Shown one piece after another: positions 63,390-64,000 of a DNA stretch of 64,000 nucleotides. Origin of the DNA: Candidatus Poribacteria bacterium (GTDB lineage: Bacteria; Poribacteria; WGA-4E; WGA-3G); the NCBI GenBank assembly GCA_965214095.1, contig OZ243938.1, positions 3,904,001 to 3,968,000 on the forward strand, in the 5' to 3' direction. The position numbers and the translations under genes were made by a program. Within the stretch, counting starts at the first letter, position 1; each line of letters opens with the position of its first letter. Below the pieces are notes generated by a model. The model ran no database searches. It was not told where the DNA came from and saw only the letters and a program-made list of their open reading frames with translations.

Positions 63390-64000
63390 TTACTGCGGAA
63401 CTAATAACCTGCGAAGATTACTTACTCCGATACTATATAACATTACAAACATAGCAGCGAGGAATACTATAGAAATAAAGAAAATCAGTATTTTCTGTGA
63501 ATGCCATGCTACTATAGGTGCGATTATGATTGCTATATTAAAAAAAAGTGTCATTGTAAAAGTTAAGACTCTCAAAAGCGGTTTTGGTTGATTCGTCAGT
63601 TCTGCCATCCAAGGTAAAGTGCCTATTGTCGTATTCAATGCACATCCTGTTGGAAGGGTTATAATTGGCATCAACAGCAAAATCACCCAACTGTCTGTGG
63701 GAACTCGCAGCAGATATATTGCTATTATAGACCAGAATTCAGCGTAAAGCAACGCACAAAGTAAAGCAATCATAAATTTGCTGTTGAATAGTAAGTTCGG
63801 TTTGACAGGTGCAGATTTCATCATCCACCAAGTCTTTGCTTCATCCCGAAGTCCGTTGCAGCTGATACCGAATGTGATAAGGAAACTATAGAGAAGAATC
63901 TGAACGGACAGGAGTTCAGTTGTATATTCATCAGGTCCCGCGCCCACCCAAAATAGCACACTGATATGGATAATCAAAAAACAGGTTAACATGATGATTG
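63390..64000 (-). CDS. Partial putative ABC exporter permease (C-terminal part)
   Basis: Multi-TM protein with a DEAKTWWMMKSAPV..LFNSKF motif; runs off the window end. Confidence 0.6.
   Translation of the reverse strand, partial: IIMLTCFLIIHISVLFWVGAGPDEYTTELLSVQILLYSFLITFGISCNGLRDEAKTWWMMKSAPVKPNLLFNSKFMIALLCALLYAEFWSIIAIYLLRVPTDSWVILLLMPIITLPTGCALNTTIGTLPWMAELTNQPKPLLRVLTFTMTLFFNIAIIIAPIVAWHSQKILIFFISIVFLAAMFVMLYSIGVSNLRRLLVPQ

Overview
A 64-kb window of AT-rich bacterial chromosome. By inference it comes from Candidatus Poribacteria or a close relative: it has internalin-type LRR/Ig surface proteins, LamG proteins with a C-terminal 'KLxxxWxxLK' tail, PhyH dioxygenases, a sulfatase and Gfo/Idh/MocA enzymes. 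The housekeeping core is rimP-nusA-ylxR-infB-ylxP-rbfA-nrnA-ribF (no truB), a CCA-adding enzyme, a GT9 heptosyltransferase, an E2 acyltransferase and a gamma carbonic anhydrase. Six accessory features stand out. (1) An 11-kb array (39.6-50.8 kb) of seven paralogues, each fusing a J-domain-like module with HPD replaced by RxD to a non-catalytic FGE/C-type-lectin domain with a hypervariable C-terminal segment; a thermonuclease/hypothetical/DUF2971-like cassette is nested inside the array. (2) Two tandem RDD-PspA/IM30 (ESCRT-III-like) fusion genes. (3) A selenoprotein that the ORF track splits in two: a secreted dockerin-thioredoxin with UPYC and a SECIS-like hairpin. (4) A 523-bp non-autonomous IS200/IS605 element with exact IS608-type ends, a promoter and a highly structured non-coding interior, which splits a GNAT gene. 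(5) An IS5-family element with an ATT start and a T8 frameshift that splits a LolA-like gene upstream of two large adhesins. (6) Many GTAG/GTTG REP palindromes, several packaged inside TA-flanked MITE-like shells. All calls come from reading the sequence and recognising motifs; no database searches were run.
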